Assembly (NCBI GenBank): GCA_037440445.1 | Contig: JBBIUA010000010.1 | Coordinates: forward strand, 13,734-77,733 | Length of the DNA stretch: 64,000 nucleotides | From: Ignavibacteria bacterium | GTDB taxonomy: Bacteria > Bacteroidota > Ignavibacteria > Kapaibacteriales > UBA2268 | Reading direction: 5' to 3' | In this document: positions 37,659 through 47,489 of the stretch, piece after piece | Layout of the letters: each line of letters starts with the position of its first letter | Position numbering within the stretch: the first letter of the stretch is position 1 | Made by a program: the position numbers and the translations under genes | Notes under the pieces: generated by a model | Database searches by the model: none | The model's input: only the letters and a program-made list of their open reading frames with translations | What the model was told of the DNA's origin: nothing

Positions 37659-37725
37659 TTTTTTCTTCTTACTGATAATTAAACAAAATTTTTAACTTGC
37701 ATTTTTTATTGAAAACAAAACTCTG

Positions 37726-39276
37726 ATGGTTATGCAAAATTCAATTTATCATTTTGGTGTCAAAAATCCAATTCAAATTCTGACAGATAAACCAAAAGAA
37801 GAGTTTACTCGCTCTGACTTTATTAAAATAATTAAACAAATGGAACTTGAAAGAATAACCCTCCATTATGTTGCAATTGACGGAAGATTAAGACAGATGC
37901 AAATTCCAATCCAAAGCATTTACCAAGTTGAAGCTATTTTATCCGACGGTGAAAGAGTTGATGGTTCTTCTTTATTCCAAGGTATTGTTCCAACAGGTAA
38001 ATCCGACCTTTACGTTGTTCCCCTTTATAAAACTGCATTTATTAACCCATATGACAAAAAAAGTTTAGATTTTATTTGTCGATTTTTCGATAACGAGGGA
38101 AATCCAGCTGACTACACACCGGATAATATTTTACACAAAGCCCACCAACTTCTCATTAATACTACTGGATTTGATTTAAAAGCACTTGGTGAACTTGAAT
38201 TCTATTTAATCTTTGACCAACCACGAAAAATGTATATGCTTCCAAAGCAAAGGGGATACCATGCAAGTCCACCTTTTGCAAAAACTACAGCAATCTTAAA
38301 TGAAATCGCCTCTTCAATTGCCGAACTTACTGGGTCGGTTAAGTATTGTCACAACGAAGTTGGTTACATCGAAAGTCTTCAAAGCGAAATCCCTGAGTTA
38401 AATGGCAAAACCGCGGAACAACTTGAAATTGAATTTCAACTTTCTGATATTGAAGACATTGCAAATTATTTAGTCATTTCCACTTGGATAATTCGAAATG
38501 CAGCTTATCAAAACAACTGTATTGCTTCATTTTTTCCAAAAATTGAACCTGGACACGCTGGCAATGGTTTGCATTTTCATTTAGCACTAACATCTAATAA
38601 CAAAAACATTATGGTCGATACTAACGGAGAACTTTCTAAAGAAGCCCTTATGCTCATTGGTGGGCTCTGTCATTATGCACCAAGCCTTACTGCCTTTGGC
38701 AATACAGTTATCGCATCTTATCTACGTTTAGTTCCAGGACAAGAGGCCCCAACAAAGGTCTGTTGGAGTTATTCTAACCGTCATTCACTAATCCGAATCC
38801 CTTTGGCTTGGAGCAAAACCAATAATCTTGCAATGAAAATCAATCCACAACAGAAAGAACCATTCCATTTTATTGAAAGTCGCCAAACCGTTGAGTTTCG
38901 AAGCCCAGATGGTAGTGCTTTCATACATCTTTTGCTCGCCGGGCTTGCTCTTGCAACTCAGTGGGGTTTGACAAATGGTGAACGCTCATTAGAAATTGCT
39001 CGAAAATATAATGTTTCGGAAGACCCTAATACCCTCCAAGAAAAAGACCTTGATACACTTAGCAGAAGTTGCGTCGAATCTGCTGAAAAACTCCTACTAA
39101 AACGGCACCATTACGAACGAGAAGGTATCTTCCCTAAAGAAGTTATCGATTATTATACTAACATTTTACTTGCCGAAAATGATAAGGACTTAAACCAAAG
39201 GTTGAATTCCTTACCCGAGGAGGAAAAAATAATAGAATCAAGAAGAATTATGCACAGAAATTTGCATCGATGTTAA
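37726..39276 (+). CDS. glnA: Glutamine synthetase family protein (GSI-like, Bacteroidota-type)
   Basis: ERVDGSSLF, GELEFY, HNEVG, EQLEIEF, GNGLHFH, RLVPGQEAP, NR..LIRIP, EFRSPDG. Confidence 0.85.
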   Translation: MVMQNSIYHFGVKNPIQILTDKPKEEFTRSDFIKIIKQMELERITLHYVAIDGRLRQMQIPIQSIYQVEAILSDGERVDGSSLFQGIVPTGKSDLYVVPLYKTAFINPYDKKSLDFICRFFDNEGNPADYTPDNILHKAHQLLINTTGFDLKALGELEFYLIFDQPRKMYMLPKQRGYHASPPFAKTTAILNEIASSIAELTGSVKYCHNEVGYIESLQSEIPELNGKTAEQLEIEFQLSDIEDIANYLVISTWIIRNAAYQNNCIASFFPKIEPGHAGNGLHFHLALTSNNKNIMVDTNGELSKEALMLIGGLCHYAPSLTAFGNTVIASYLRLVPGQEAPTKVCWSYSNRHSLIRIPLAWSKTNNLAMKINPQQKEPFHFIESRQTVEFRSPDGSAFIHLLLAGLALATQWGLTNGERSLEIARKYNVSEDPNTLQEKDLDTLSRSCVESAEKLLLKRHHYEREGIFPKEVIDYYTNILLAENDKDLNQRLNSLPEEEKIIESRRIMHRNLHRC

Positions 39277-39291
39277 ATTTAGTTAAGGTTT

Positions 39292-39903
39292 ATGAGGATT
39301 GTTGATTCTCCCTTCTCATTACTTTTCTTACTTTTAATTGCCTTAAGTGGAATTTTACTACTTTTCAAATTCGAAATTCTTCTTGGCAAACTTTCTTTAA
39401 ATCCATATTCAGTAGTCCATCGAAAAAGATATTACCAATTATTCACAAGTATTTTTGTTCATTATGACTTAATTCACCTTTTATTCAACCTTCTTACTTT
39501 TTATTTCTTTGCCCCTCAACTTGAATTAACAATTGGAAGTATCCCGTTCGCTCTCCTTTTTTTAACTTCTGGAATAGTAGCTTCTTTGCCTTCTTTGATT
39601 AAATATCGTCATAATCCATATTATTATTCTCTTGGTGCCTCAGGAGCAATTTCTGGTGTTATTTTTAGTTACATTATGTTCTACCCAACTTCAAGAATTT
39701 ATATCTTCTTTTTTCCCTTGGGAATACCATCTCCATTGTTCGCTCTTTTATACTTGTTCTATTGCATTTATGCTTCAAAAAAGGAATCGAATATTAACCA
39801 CGAAGCACACTTTTGGGGAGCAGTTTGGGGATTAATTTTTACAATATTGTTTTTCCCAGATTCCTTATTAATTTTTCTCGATTGGATTAAAAGAATACTT
39901 TAG
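39292..39903 (+). CDS. Rhomboid-family intramembrane serine protease
   Basis: H...IHLLFN, GASGAISG (catalytic Ser), HEAHFWGA (catalytic His). Confidence 0.92.
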   Translation: MRIVDSPFSLLFLLLIALSGILLLFKFEILLGKLSLNPYSVVHRKRYYQLFTSIFVHYDLIHLLFNLLTFYFFAPQLELTIGSIPFALLFLTSGIVASLPSLIKYRHNPYYYSLGASGAISGVIFSYIMFYPTSRIYIFFFPLGIPSPLFALLYLFYCIYASKKESNINHEAHFWGAVWGLIFTILFFPDSLLIFLDWIKRIL

Positions 39904-41840
39904 TCAAGTGATTGATTTTCGAAGAATTTGTTATACCACAAAGCCAAGTTTAATAAAGTAAAAATACGAAAGCCATATTTGCCTTTCCCTTCTCGATGTT
40001 GATTCAAAATAAAATTAACATATTCCATATTCAACAATTTTTTCAGCAAATTGGAATTATTCAAGGTAGCAAGAGTAAAATCAAACCATTGATTTTGAAG
40101 CCATTCGTTTATTGGTGCCCAAAAACCTTGTTTTTTTCTATAAATTATTTCGTGTGGCAAAATTCCTTCTACTGCTTTTTTCAAAAGATACTTTGTTGTT
40201 TTTCCATCTGGAACCTTAATTTTTGGAGGCAAAGACATAGTGAATTCCACAATTTGATGATCAAGAAATGGAACTCGTGCTTCGATACTATTTGCCATAC
40301 CCATTTTATCAATCCTCATCAAAAGCAACTCCGCAAGCCTTTGTGAGATTTCCACAAAAGTAACCCATTTCAAAAAATCGAACTTACCTTCACTTAATAC
40401 TAATGCTTCCTCAAATAAGTTCGAAATATATCTCCAAGGTTCTACGAATAAATAACTAAATTCTTTTTTAAACAAAAACTCCATTTCAACTGGGGGAAAA
40501 ATTGAAATTCCACTCCAGTAATATTCTTCATTAAATGCACTTCTACGAATTAACTCAAGCGGCAAAAACTGTTGAAAATTCGAAAAAAGTGGTTTTGAAC
40601 AAAAGTATACTAACCTTTTTATTCCTTTTGGTAATTTGTTGAAATTCTTCCAAATAGTTTCGTAAAATCTATAATCTCGAAGTAACCAGTTGTAACCAAC
40701 AAATTGCTCGTCGCTTCCTTCGCCAACCTGAACTACAATTGTCCCAGAATCCCTTGTCAACTTACTTAAAAAAAATATTGGGATACAAACAGGATCGGCG
40801 TTTGGTTCATCTTCGTACCAAACGAGCTCTTGAATTACTTCAAAAGCATCTTTTTGGTCAATTAAGATTTCATGATGATTTGTCCGAAAAACCTCAACAA
40901 CTTTTCTAGCATACTGCAACTCGTTGTACTTTTCAAGCTCTTTAAATCCTATAGTGAATGTATCTACTTGTCTATCCATCAGTTCCGCCATCAAAGCAAC
41001 ATTCAAGCTCGAATCTATACCTCCGCTTAGAAAAACTCCGAACGGAACATCGCTCATCATTCTATCTTTAATTGCTTTTCTCAAAAGTCGAATTATTTCG
41101 GTAGTTGCTTCTTCTTCGGAAATTCTATGATTAGGTCCTTTTACAAAGGGGTTCCAATATCTTTCAACAAATATTTCTGGATTGTCTTTCATTAAGACAA
41201 AATAATGTGCTGGAGGTATTTTCCTAATATTTTCAAACAAAGTGGAATTATTGGAACTTGCCCCAAAATTCAAGTAATCTGGTATTTCATATATATTAAG
41301 TTTTTTCGAAACAGAAGGATGCTCGAATATCGCTTTTATTTCCGAAGCAAAAATAAATTTTTCATTATCTAAATAATAGTACAAAGGTTTTTTGCCGATT
41401 CGGTCGCGAGCACCAAATAACAAATGTTTTGTTTCATCCCATAAAACAAAAGCAAACATTCCAGAAATTTTTTTGACAACATCAAGACCCCATTCTTTAT
41501 ATCCATAGAGAATAACTTCTGTATCAGTCCTTGAACGAAAACTATAACCTTTTTTCAACAACTTTTCGCGTAATTCAAGATAGTTGTATATCTCGCCATT
41601 AAAAACGATAGTAACAGAACCATCTGCAGTAGACATCGGTTGATTCCCTGCAGGAGATAAATCAATAATTGAAAGTCGTCGAAAAGCAAAACCACAATTA
41701 TTGGAAGGTGATATCCATACACCGTCGCTATCAGGACCCCGGTGGGCAATCGAATTTGCCATTTTATTTAAAATGGGGAAACATACGTTCGACTTGTGAC
41801 GACTTTCATTGAACGACAGAATACCAGCAATGCCACACAT
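39900..41840 (-). CDS. asnB: Asparagine synthase (glutamine-hydrolysing) family amidotransferase
   Basis: MCGIAG N-terminal Cys, HRGPD, RLSIIDL, FNGEIYN, LSGGIDSS, GEGSDE, EARVPFLD. Confidence 0.93.
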   Translation of the reverse strand: MCGIAGILSFNESRHKSNVCFPILNKMANSIAHRGPDSDGVWISPSNNCGFAFRRLSIIDLSPAGNQPMSTADGSVTIVFNGEIYNYLELREKLLKKGYSFRSRTDTEVILYGYKEWGLDVVKKISGMFAFVLWDETKHLLFGARDRIGKKPLYYYLDNEKFIFASEIKAIFEHPSVSKKLNIYEIPDYLNFGASSNNSTLFENIRKIPPAHYFVLMKDNPEIFVERYWNPFVKGPNHRISEEEATTEIIRLLRKAIKDRMMSDVPFGVFLSGGIDSSLNVALMAELMDRQVDTFTIGFKELEKYNELQYARKVVEVFRTNHHEILIDQKDAFEVIQELVWYEDEPNADPVCIPIFFLSKLTRDSGTIVVQVGEGSDEQFVGYNWLLRDYRFYETIWKNFNKLPKGIKRLVYFCSKPLFSNFQQFLPLELIRRSAFNEEYYWSGISIFPPVEMEFLFKKEFSYLFVEPWRYISNLFEEALVLSEGKFDFLKWVTFVEISQRLAELLLMRIDKMGMANSIEARVPFLDHQIVEFTMSLPPKIKVPDGKTTKYLLKKAVEGILPHEIIYRKKQGFWAPINEWLQNQWFDFTLATLNNSNLLKKLLNMEYVNFILNQHREGKGKYGFRIFTLLNLALWYNKFFENQSLD

Positions 41841-41846
41841 CAATTG

Positions 41847-42578
41847 TCACCCACGTACGGTAGCCGATGTGATTAGTTCTATCATTTCCTTTACTGCTTT
41901 TTCAAGTCCCACAAATGCAGCCCGAGAAATTATCGAATGACCAATGCTAAGTTCATCAATGAAATCGATTTTACTGATTGGAACAACATTTATATAATTC
42001 AATCCGTGTCCTGCAGCAACTTTTAAGCCATTTGATTTTGCATATTTAGCGGCTTCCTTTATTCTTCTTAATTCATTATTAATCTCTTTTTCCTTTTTCA
42101 AATTTGCGTACACCCCGGTATGAAGTTCAACAATATCGGCACCAGTTTTCAAAGCAGCATCAATCTGCTCAAACTCTGGTTCAATAAAAAAACTAACTTC
42201 AATTCCAGCATTATGCATAACCTTAACTAATTCTTCATACCTTGGAACATCCTTTGCAACATTTAAACCACCCTCTGTCGTAAGTTCCATTCTTTTCTCA
42301 GGTACTATTGTAACCATATCGGGTTTGATTTTCAATGCAATTTGAATTATTTCATCGACGGCAGCCATTTCAAGGTCAAGTTTTGTAGACACAACTCGAC
42401 GAAGCAATTCGACATCTCTGTCTTGAATGTGACGACGGTCCTCTCGAAGATGGCAAACAATACCTCGGGCTCCAGCCAGTTCGCAAATTATTGCTGCGGC
42501 AACAGGGTCAGGTTCAGTTCCACCTCTTGCTTGTCGGATTGTTGCAATATGGTCAACATTAACATTAAGACTTATCAT
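41847..42578 (-). CDS. pdxJ: Pyridoxine 5'-phosphate synthase
   Basis: LNVNVDHIATIRQAR, HLREDRRHI, VPEKRMELTTEGGL, ELHTG, AGHGL, IGHSII. Confidence 0.97.
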   Translation of the reverse strand: MISLNVNVDHIATIRQARGGTEPDPVAAAIICELAGARGIVCHLREDRRHIQDRDVELLRRVVSTKLDLEMAAVDEIIQIALKIKPDMVTIVPEKRMELTTEGGLNVAKDVPRYEELVKVMHNAGIEVSFFIEPEFEQIDAALKTGADIVELHTGVYANLKKEKEINNELRRIKEAAKYAKSNGLKVAAGHGLNYINVVPISKIDFIDELSIGHSIISRAAFVGLEKAVKEMIELITSATVRG

Positions 42579-42649
42579 TTCAACACCAATATAAAATTCA
42601 AAATTAGTAAAAGTAGAGTTTATTTGGGGGTATAAAAAGCAATGGAAGA

Positions 42650-44293
42650 TTATTCAATCAATGTGAACTTTCCAAATATTTCGTGATTTCTGTATGAAAC
42701 CTTGAAGAAATAGATACCGGTAGGCAAATTTATTGGAAACTTATCGAAGTGAACTACTCTGGTCTTATTTACAATCGAAATATCATACGAATTTGAAGGC
42801 AATGCAATTTCCATAAAATCTGAATTAAAAATCTTCAATTCAACTTTTCCCTGTACTGGTGCTTCTTTTGGAACTGGGAAATTAATTTGGTCTCGCCTAA
42901 TATTGCATGGGTTAGGAAAAACAAATTCTTTTGCGATTGTTTTGAAACCAAGAGTCAAAAATAAAGAATCGGCAATTAAATTTCGATTTCCCTTAAAAGA
43001 ATAATATAGTTCTTTTGGGTAGAGCCGAATGTCATCGCCCAATGGATTCTCCGAAAGAATAATTGTGCATTCCCTAGATGAATCTTTTATTTGATTAATT
43101 GCTGATTGGGAATCAATGTTTGCAAGAAGAACTACAAGCGTGTCCCCAAGTGTCTCAAAATTGGATGCTGGAAAAGTGAACCGTAAAGGCATAATTTCCA
43201 GAGGTCTTAAATATTGGGTTGAAATTGTTGTTCCAGTGTAATTCAAATCTTTATAAAAATTAATTGAAGGAAATAATTCAGCATTTGGAAGAGAAAACGC
43301 ACGAGTGTTGCTTCCAGAGTAATAGATGTAAGGTAAAAAATTTGCCAAAGCCTTTGAAAGAGAACTTTCAACAGATTTCAATGATAAATCTAAAGAAAGC
43401 AAAGCAGAGTTTCCTCTTCCTATGTTTCGCCAAAGTTCAACAATTGGAAAATCCCCAAAAATCAAATAAAGATATTGCAAAAAAATTGCATATCTATATC
43501 CAACATAGTATGTTTGGTCCGAAAGAACGTACTTTTGAAAATCGCTAAATAAACTTCTAACAAATTGTAAATAATCTTTTGTTTCGGGATGTAGTCGCCA
43601 TTCCATAAATGTACTTGTCATTTCGTTAAAAGATGGGAAAAGCGGGTCGCCATAACCAAATTGAAATAAATGATGGAGTTCATGGGCCAATGTTATTTTT
43701 AAACCAAGGAATTCGGTTTCCCTATAAGTTGGTCTTTTAATCCCATTGGTAAAAAAAGTTGAATCAAATTGGCTAAAATTGTTATCAATTATAGAATAGC
43801 AAGCAAACTTATCATATATACCAGAAGTCTTTATTTGCAAATCTGGAACAGTCCATCCATAAGCAACTTCATCATAAAATCCATTTCCAATTTCCCAAAG
43901 ATAAAAATCATAAGCATCTGAACCGCCTCGCCCGCTATCAGTTGGCGGAGCGTCGAAGCCCATTTGAGTATATGCCGAAAAGGCATAGTCCAAGTAAAAA
44001 AGGGCTGAATCGACATAATCGGGAATACCATTTTTGTCTTTATCTTGGGGAGGAACCCGATTCTCTCCTGTTGTGTCATAATGAACAACAAACAAACCAG
44101 AACTTGAAATAGCATAAGTTTGATTCTTTGGTCTTCCTGTTGAATCAAAATAAATTGTAGAAAGAACATTCTCGCTTAATTTTTTATTCTGCCGAATAGG
44201 AAAAGTCAAACACTTTGTTTCCTCTTGGGAAAGGATAGCATTTCCAACGAAAAAAATAAAAAAAGAAAAAAAGAAAAAGGATTTATAGGACAT
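42650..44293 (-). CDS. Secreted zinc metalloprotease (MXAN_6640-like) with T9SS C-terminal domain
   Basis: Signal peptide; FVVHY, D.D.NGIPDYVD, HEXXH (AHELHH), NEMTSTFME; C-terminal VFPNP...TGIYFF..KFTLIE. Confidence 0.75.
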   Translation of the reverse strand: MSYKSFFFFSFFIFFVGNAILSQEETKCLTFPIRQNKKLSENVLSTIYFDSTGRPKNQTYAISSSGLFVVHYDTTGENRVPPQDKDKNGIPDYVDSALFYLDYAFSAYTQMGFDAPPTDSGRGGSDAYDFYLWEIGNGFYDEVAYGWTVPDLQIKTSGIYDKFACYSIIDNNFSQFDSTFFTNGIKRPTYRETEFLGLKITLAHELHHLFQFGYGDPLFPSFNEMTSTFMEWRLHPETKDYLQFVRSLFSDFQKYVLSDQTYYVGYRYAIFLQYLYLIFGDFPIVELWRNIGRGNSALLSLDLSLKSVESSLSKALANFLPYIYYSGSNTRAFSLPNAELFPSINFYKDLNYTGTTISTQYLRPLEIMPLRFTFPASNFETLGDTLVVLLANIDSQSAINQIKDSSRECTIILSENPLGDDIRLYPKELYYSFKGNRNLIADSLFLTLGFKTIAKEFVFPNPCNIRRDQINFPVPKEAPVQGKVELKIFNSDFMEIALPSNSYDISIVNKTRVVHFDKFPINLPTGIYFFKVSYRNHEIFGKFTLIE

Positions 44294-44303
44294 TGTAGAA
44301 TGC

Positions 44304-44723
44304 CTATTTGAACATTTCTTTTATCATTCCCCAAGAACGGTAAAAGCCGTTGACTTTGTGCTCGACATTAACAATATTAGAATACAATGAACTACCATCC
44401 TTGAAAACTATCTTAATTCGGTAGGAATAAGAATTCGAGGAGACTTTTTCGCCTTCGGAATCCTTAAGAAATGCTTCTTGGTCTATGTATTTATATGTTG
44501 TTGGATAACCTTTAGCATAAATTGTTGCAATTTTTTTAAATGAACCGTTATTTACAGAGCGTTCAACTTCAAACAATAAAATATTTTTTTCGGTAGATGT
44601 TTTGAACTCGATAGTAATGTACTTCCCGTTAGAGGTTGCATTTAATTTTTCAATATACGTATCCACAGCAACAACAAAAGCAGTTGCGACAAAAAACAAT
44701 AAACAAAGAAATAATTTCTTCAT
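44304..44723 (-). CDS. Secreted hypothetical protein (single FN3/Ig-like domain)
   Basis: Signal peptide; FEVERS, YKYID, YSYRIKIV, terminal SWGMIKEMF. Confidence 0.65.
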   Translation of the reverse strand: MKKLFLCLLFFVATAFVVAVDTYIEKLNATSNGKYITIEFKTSTEKNILLFEVERSVNNGSFKKIATIYAKGYPTTYKYIDQEAFLKDSEGEKVSSNSYSYRIKIVFKDGSSLYSNIVNVEHKVNGFYRSWGMIKEMFK

Positions 44724-44825
44724 TTTATCAACTTTGTTAATAAACTAATTTACAAAAAAAATTAAACATGTAAACAAAAAAAATTAGTTACTGATTTAGT
44801 AAATTTGAAGTTACGAGGAAACGAA

Positions 44826-45548
44826 ATGTTTAAAATAGTTTTACCAATTTTCGAAGGTCCTTTAGATTTATTACTTTACTTTATTAAAAGGGATGAAATA
44901 AATATTTACGACATTCCTATTGCTCGAATTACAGATGAATTTCTTAATTATATTAGATTAATGCAAAGTCTCGAAATAGAAATAGCGAGCGAGTTTCTGG
45001 TTATGGCTGCTACTTTAATGGAAATAAAAGCAAAAATGCTTCTTCCAAAAGAGATAAATACCCAACCAGAGGCAGATGTAGACCCAAGAAAGCAACTTGT
45101 GGATAGATTAATTGAATATCAGATTTTTAAGGAAGTAAGCCAATTTCTACATAAAAAAATTATAGAAAACCAATATTACTATTTCCGAGATTTATTCGAA
45201 AGCGAAATTCAAGAATTTTCCTCGAAATTGAAAACTTATCGACCAACAAATGTTATGGAACTTGCCAAAGCATTTTACAATTTAATTAACAAACAAAATG
45301 ATTCCATTCGTGAAATTAAGTTAAACGAACTCAAAATTGAAGATGCAATAGAACATATAACAAGTTTAATGAAGAAAGAAAAGCAAATTTCATTTAAGAA
45401 AATTTGTAGTGGTCACTCTTTGCAATACAAAATTTTGTTTTTTGTTGCGGTCTTAGAGCTTGTAAAACAAAAAAAGATTTACGCATATCAATCGGACCTA
45501 GAACACGATATATTTCTTTTTTCAACATCAAACATAATGAACAATTAA
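44826..45548 (+). CDS. scpA: Segregation and condensation protein A
   Basis: FEGPLDLLL, IYDIPI..IT, EFLVMAATL, F.AVLEL; start adjusted to ATG 44826. Confidence 0.93.
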   Translation: MFKIVLPIFEGPLDLLLYFIKRDEINIYDIPIARITDEFLNYIRLMQSLEIEIASEFLVMAATLMEIKAKMLLPKEINTQPEADVDPRKQLVDRLIEYQIFKEVSQFLHKKIIENQYYYFRDLFESEIQEFSSKLKTYRPTNVMELAKAFYNLINKQNDSIREIKLNELKIEDAIEHITSLMKKEKQISFKKICSGHSLQYKILFFVAVLELVKQKKIYAYQSDLEHDIFLFSTSNIMNN

Positions 45549-45551
45549 GGT

Positions 45552-46247
45552 ATGAACAATCATTTTTTTAAACTTGAAAAAGAAGAACAAAAACATATCA
45601 TAGAAGTCCTTATTTTCTCTTCTGAAGAGCCTATTTCATTAGAAAAAATTGTCGATTTCATTGAAAACAATTTCAATAATGCAATATTTGAAATTGGAAA
45701 TAATCAAAATTTTGACCTAAAAATTGAAAACTTTGATGAATATGTTCAATCACTTATCGAAGAAATAAAAGAAGATTTGCTTAAAACTCAAAGACCTTAT
45801 AACATATATGAAGTTGCAGGAAGTTATACATTCGCAACGCTACCAGAATATGGAAAAATTTTGAGTTTGTTACCTTCGTTCAAAAATAAAAAACGATTAA
45901 GCAAGGCTATGCTCGAAACCCTGGCTATTATTGCATATCAGCAACCAATCACAAAACCCGAAATAGAAGAAATTCGTGGAACTAATTCAAGCGAAATTGT
46001 TAACTCTTTACTCGAAAAAGGATTGATTCAGGTGGTTGGACGCAAAGATTCACCTGGTAGACCCTTTCAGTTCGGTACCACTGTTGAATTTCTTAAACTA
46101 TTTGGGTTAAATTCATTACAAGAATTACCAAATCTAATGGAAATTAAATCATTTATTGAGGAAAAGACAAAAACAGAAGACGTTACTTTGAAAATTGATT
46201 TTGAAATAAAAAACAACAATGAAATGGATTCGAATTCTACTCAATAA
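45552..46247 (+). CDS. scpB: SMC-Scp complex subunit ScpB
   Basis: LSKAMLETLAIIAYQQPITK.EIEEIRG, PGRP..FGTT.EFL..FGL.SL.ELP. Confidence 0.95.
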   Translation: MNNHFFKLEKEEQKHIIEVLIFSSEEPISLEKIVDFIENNFNNAIFEIGNNQNFDLKIENFDEYVQSLIEEIKEDLLKTQRPYNIYEVAGSYTFATLPEYGKILSLLPSFKNKKRLSKAMLETLAIIAYQQPITKPEIEEIRGTNSSEIVNSLLEKGLIQVVGRKDSPGRPFQFGTTVEFLKLFGLNSLQELPNLMEIKSFIEEKTKTEDVTLKIDFEIKNNNEMDSNSTQ

Positions 46248-46836
46248 TTTTTGCGTTACACACAACATTGAATGCATTTTCTACAAGTTCCTTACCAATA
46301 CCTAAAATTGGGTCACCATGACCAGGGTAAATATCTTTAAAATCGAGACCACTTAACTTTTTTAATGTCTCGTAATAACTTAGTGTATATGTTTCTCTTT
46401 TTGAATGAATTTGTAAAGGCAAAAATTATTGAGTAATTACACCCTGGGATGGAACATAAAGACTTATCGAATCGGAAGAGTGACCAGGTGTATGCAAAAT
46501 TATTCCCTCAGTATCGCCAACTCTTATTTTCATTCCATCATAAACTTGTATGTCAACTAAATCTCCAGAATTATATGCAAAAATTTTTGGGGAATATCTC
46601 GGTTTTAAAAATTTTAATCCACCTTTATGGTCGAAGTGCTCGTGTGTAATTATTATTTGAGCAACTTTTTTTTGTCCAACCCCAGTTGAAATCTTATCAA
46701 TTTCAGTGATAGCAAAATCATCAATTCCAGCATCAATTAAAGTGTTTAAATCATCTAACTTATTCCAATCCCCAAGAATATAGTACATATTACAGGAATA
46801 CTTTGTTGGATGTGTAGGCAATTTGAAAATCCTCAT
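46237..46836 (-). pseudogene. MBL-fold metallo-hydrolase interrupted by an in-frame TAA (46426-46428) at motif 4
   Basis: ORFs 46426-46836 and 46237-46422 are in the same frame. Motifs LIDAG, THEHFDH and HTPGHS lie before the stop and IYPGHG after it. The expected (F)xGD motif 4 reads T-Q-*-F. Confidence 0.8.
46238..46435. repeat. Perfect 17-bp inverted repeat
   Basis: tactcaataatttttgc (46238-46254) is the reverse complement of gcaaaaattattgagta (46419-46435). Confidence 0.9.
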
Positions 46837-47435
46837 ATTACCTTTTGATAAATATTTACATCGTTCGAAACAAGGCGAAATAATTTAGTTAGTTCGTTTG
46901 GAATCTTTTGGGTCTGTTCCATGGCTAAGTATCCTTCTGGAAGTAAGGAATCGTAAAACATTTGAAGGACACGCATTCTTTCATCGGGAGAGAAATGGAG
47001 AAGTACATTTTTGCAAACAATTGAAGCGAAGCCAGTATCAATTGGGTTGTAATCAAGCAAATTATGTTTGCGAAAAATAACCCTTTTCAATATCTCATCG
47101 ATAATTTTATACCTATTTTCATCAACTTTTTGAAAATACTTCTGAAAATATTCATTGGGGATACGAACTAAATCCTGATAAGGATACTCACCTTTTGTTA
47201 TGGTTTTTTCGTACTCACCTAATTCATCGATATCTGTAGCAACGATTTTAACTCTTTTAAAAGTAAAATAACCCAATTTTTCTGAAAGCAATATGGCCAA
47301 AGTAAAAGGTTCCTGCCCTAGAGCACAACCAGCACCCCAAATCTTTATTTCTGGGTTTGAAATAAAATCCTTGGAAAGCAAATCTGCTAAGCGTTCCAAA
47401 ATAAAATAATCTCGAAAGAAAAACGAAAAAGCCAT
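46833..47435 (-). CDS. CheR-family methyltransferase, catalytic domain only
   Basis: FFFRD, IWGAGCALGQEPFTLA, VATDID, FRKHNL, IVCKNVLLHF, L.PEGYL; start adjusted to ATG 47435. Confidence 0.85.
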   Translation of the reverse strand: MAFSFFFRDYFILERLADLLSKDFISNPEIKIWGAGCALGQEPFTLAILLSEKLGYFTFKRVKIVATDIDELGEYEKTITKGEYPYQDLVRIPNEYFQKYFQKVDENRYKIIDEILKRVIFRKHNLLDYNPIDTGFASIVCKNVLLHFSPDERMRVLQMFYDSLLPEGYLAMEQTQKIPNELTKLFRLVSNDVNIYQKVI

Positions 47436-47489
47436 CGGCAAATAGTGATTTTGTTAAATTTGCAAATTACTTAAAACAAATAAAGTATT

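Noticed and set aside
46255-46418. Invertible phase-variation switch bounded by the 17-bp inverted repeats
   Set aside because: The stop codon lies inside the repeat, so neither orientation restores the MBL frame or its motif-4 Asp. No recombinase is encoded in the window.
46426-46428. Programmed stop-codon readthrough or recoding in the MBL gene
   Set aside because: The codon is TAA, not a Sec/Pyl codon. TAA is an ordinary stop throughout the window, and readthrough would still leave motif 4 destroyed.
46833-47435. Chemotaxis operon
   Set aside because: Only a truncated CheR-like gene is present; no MCP, cheA, cheW, cheB or cheY in the window.
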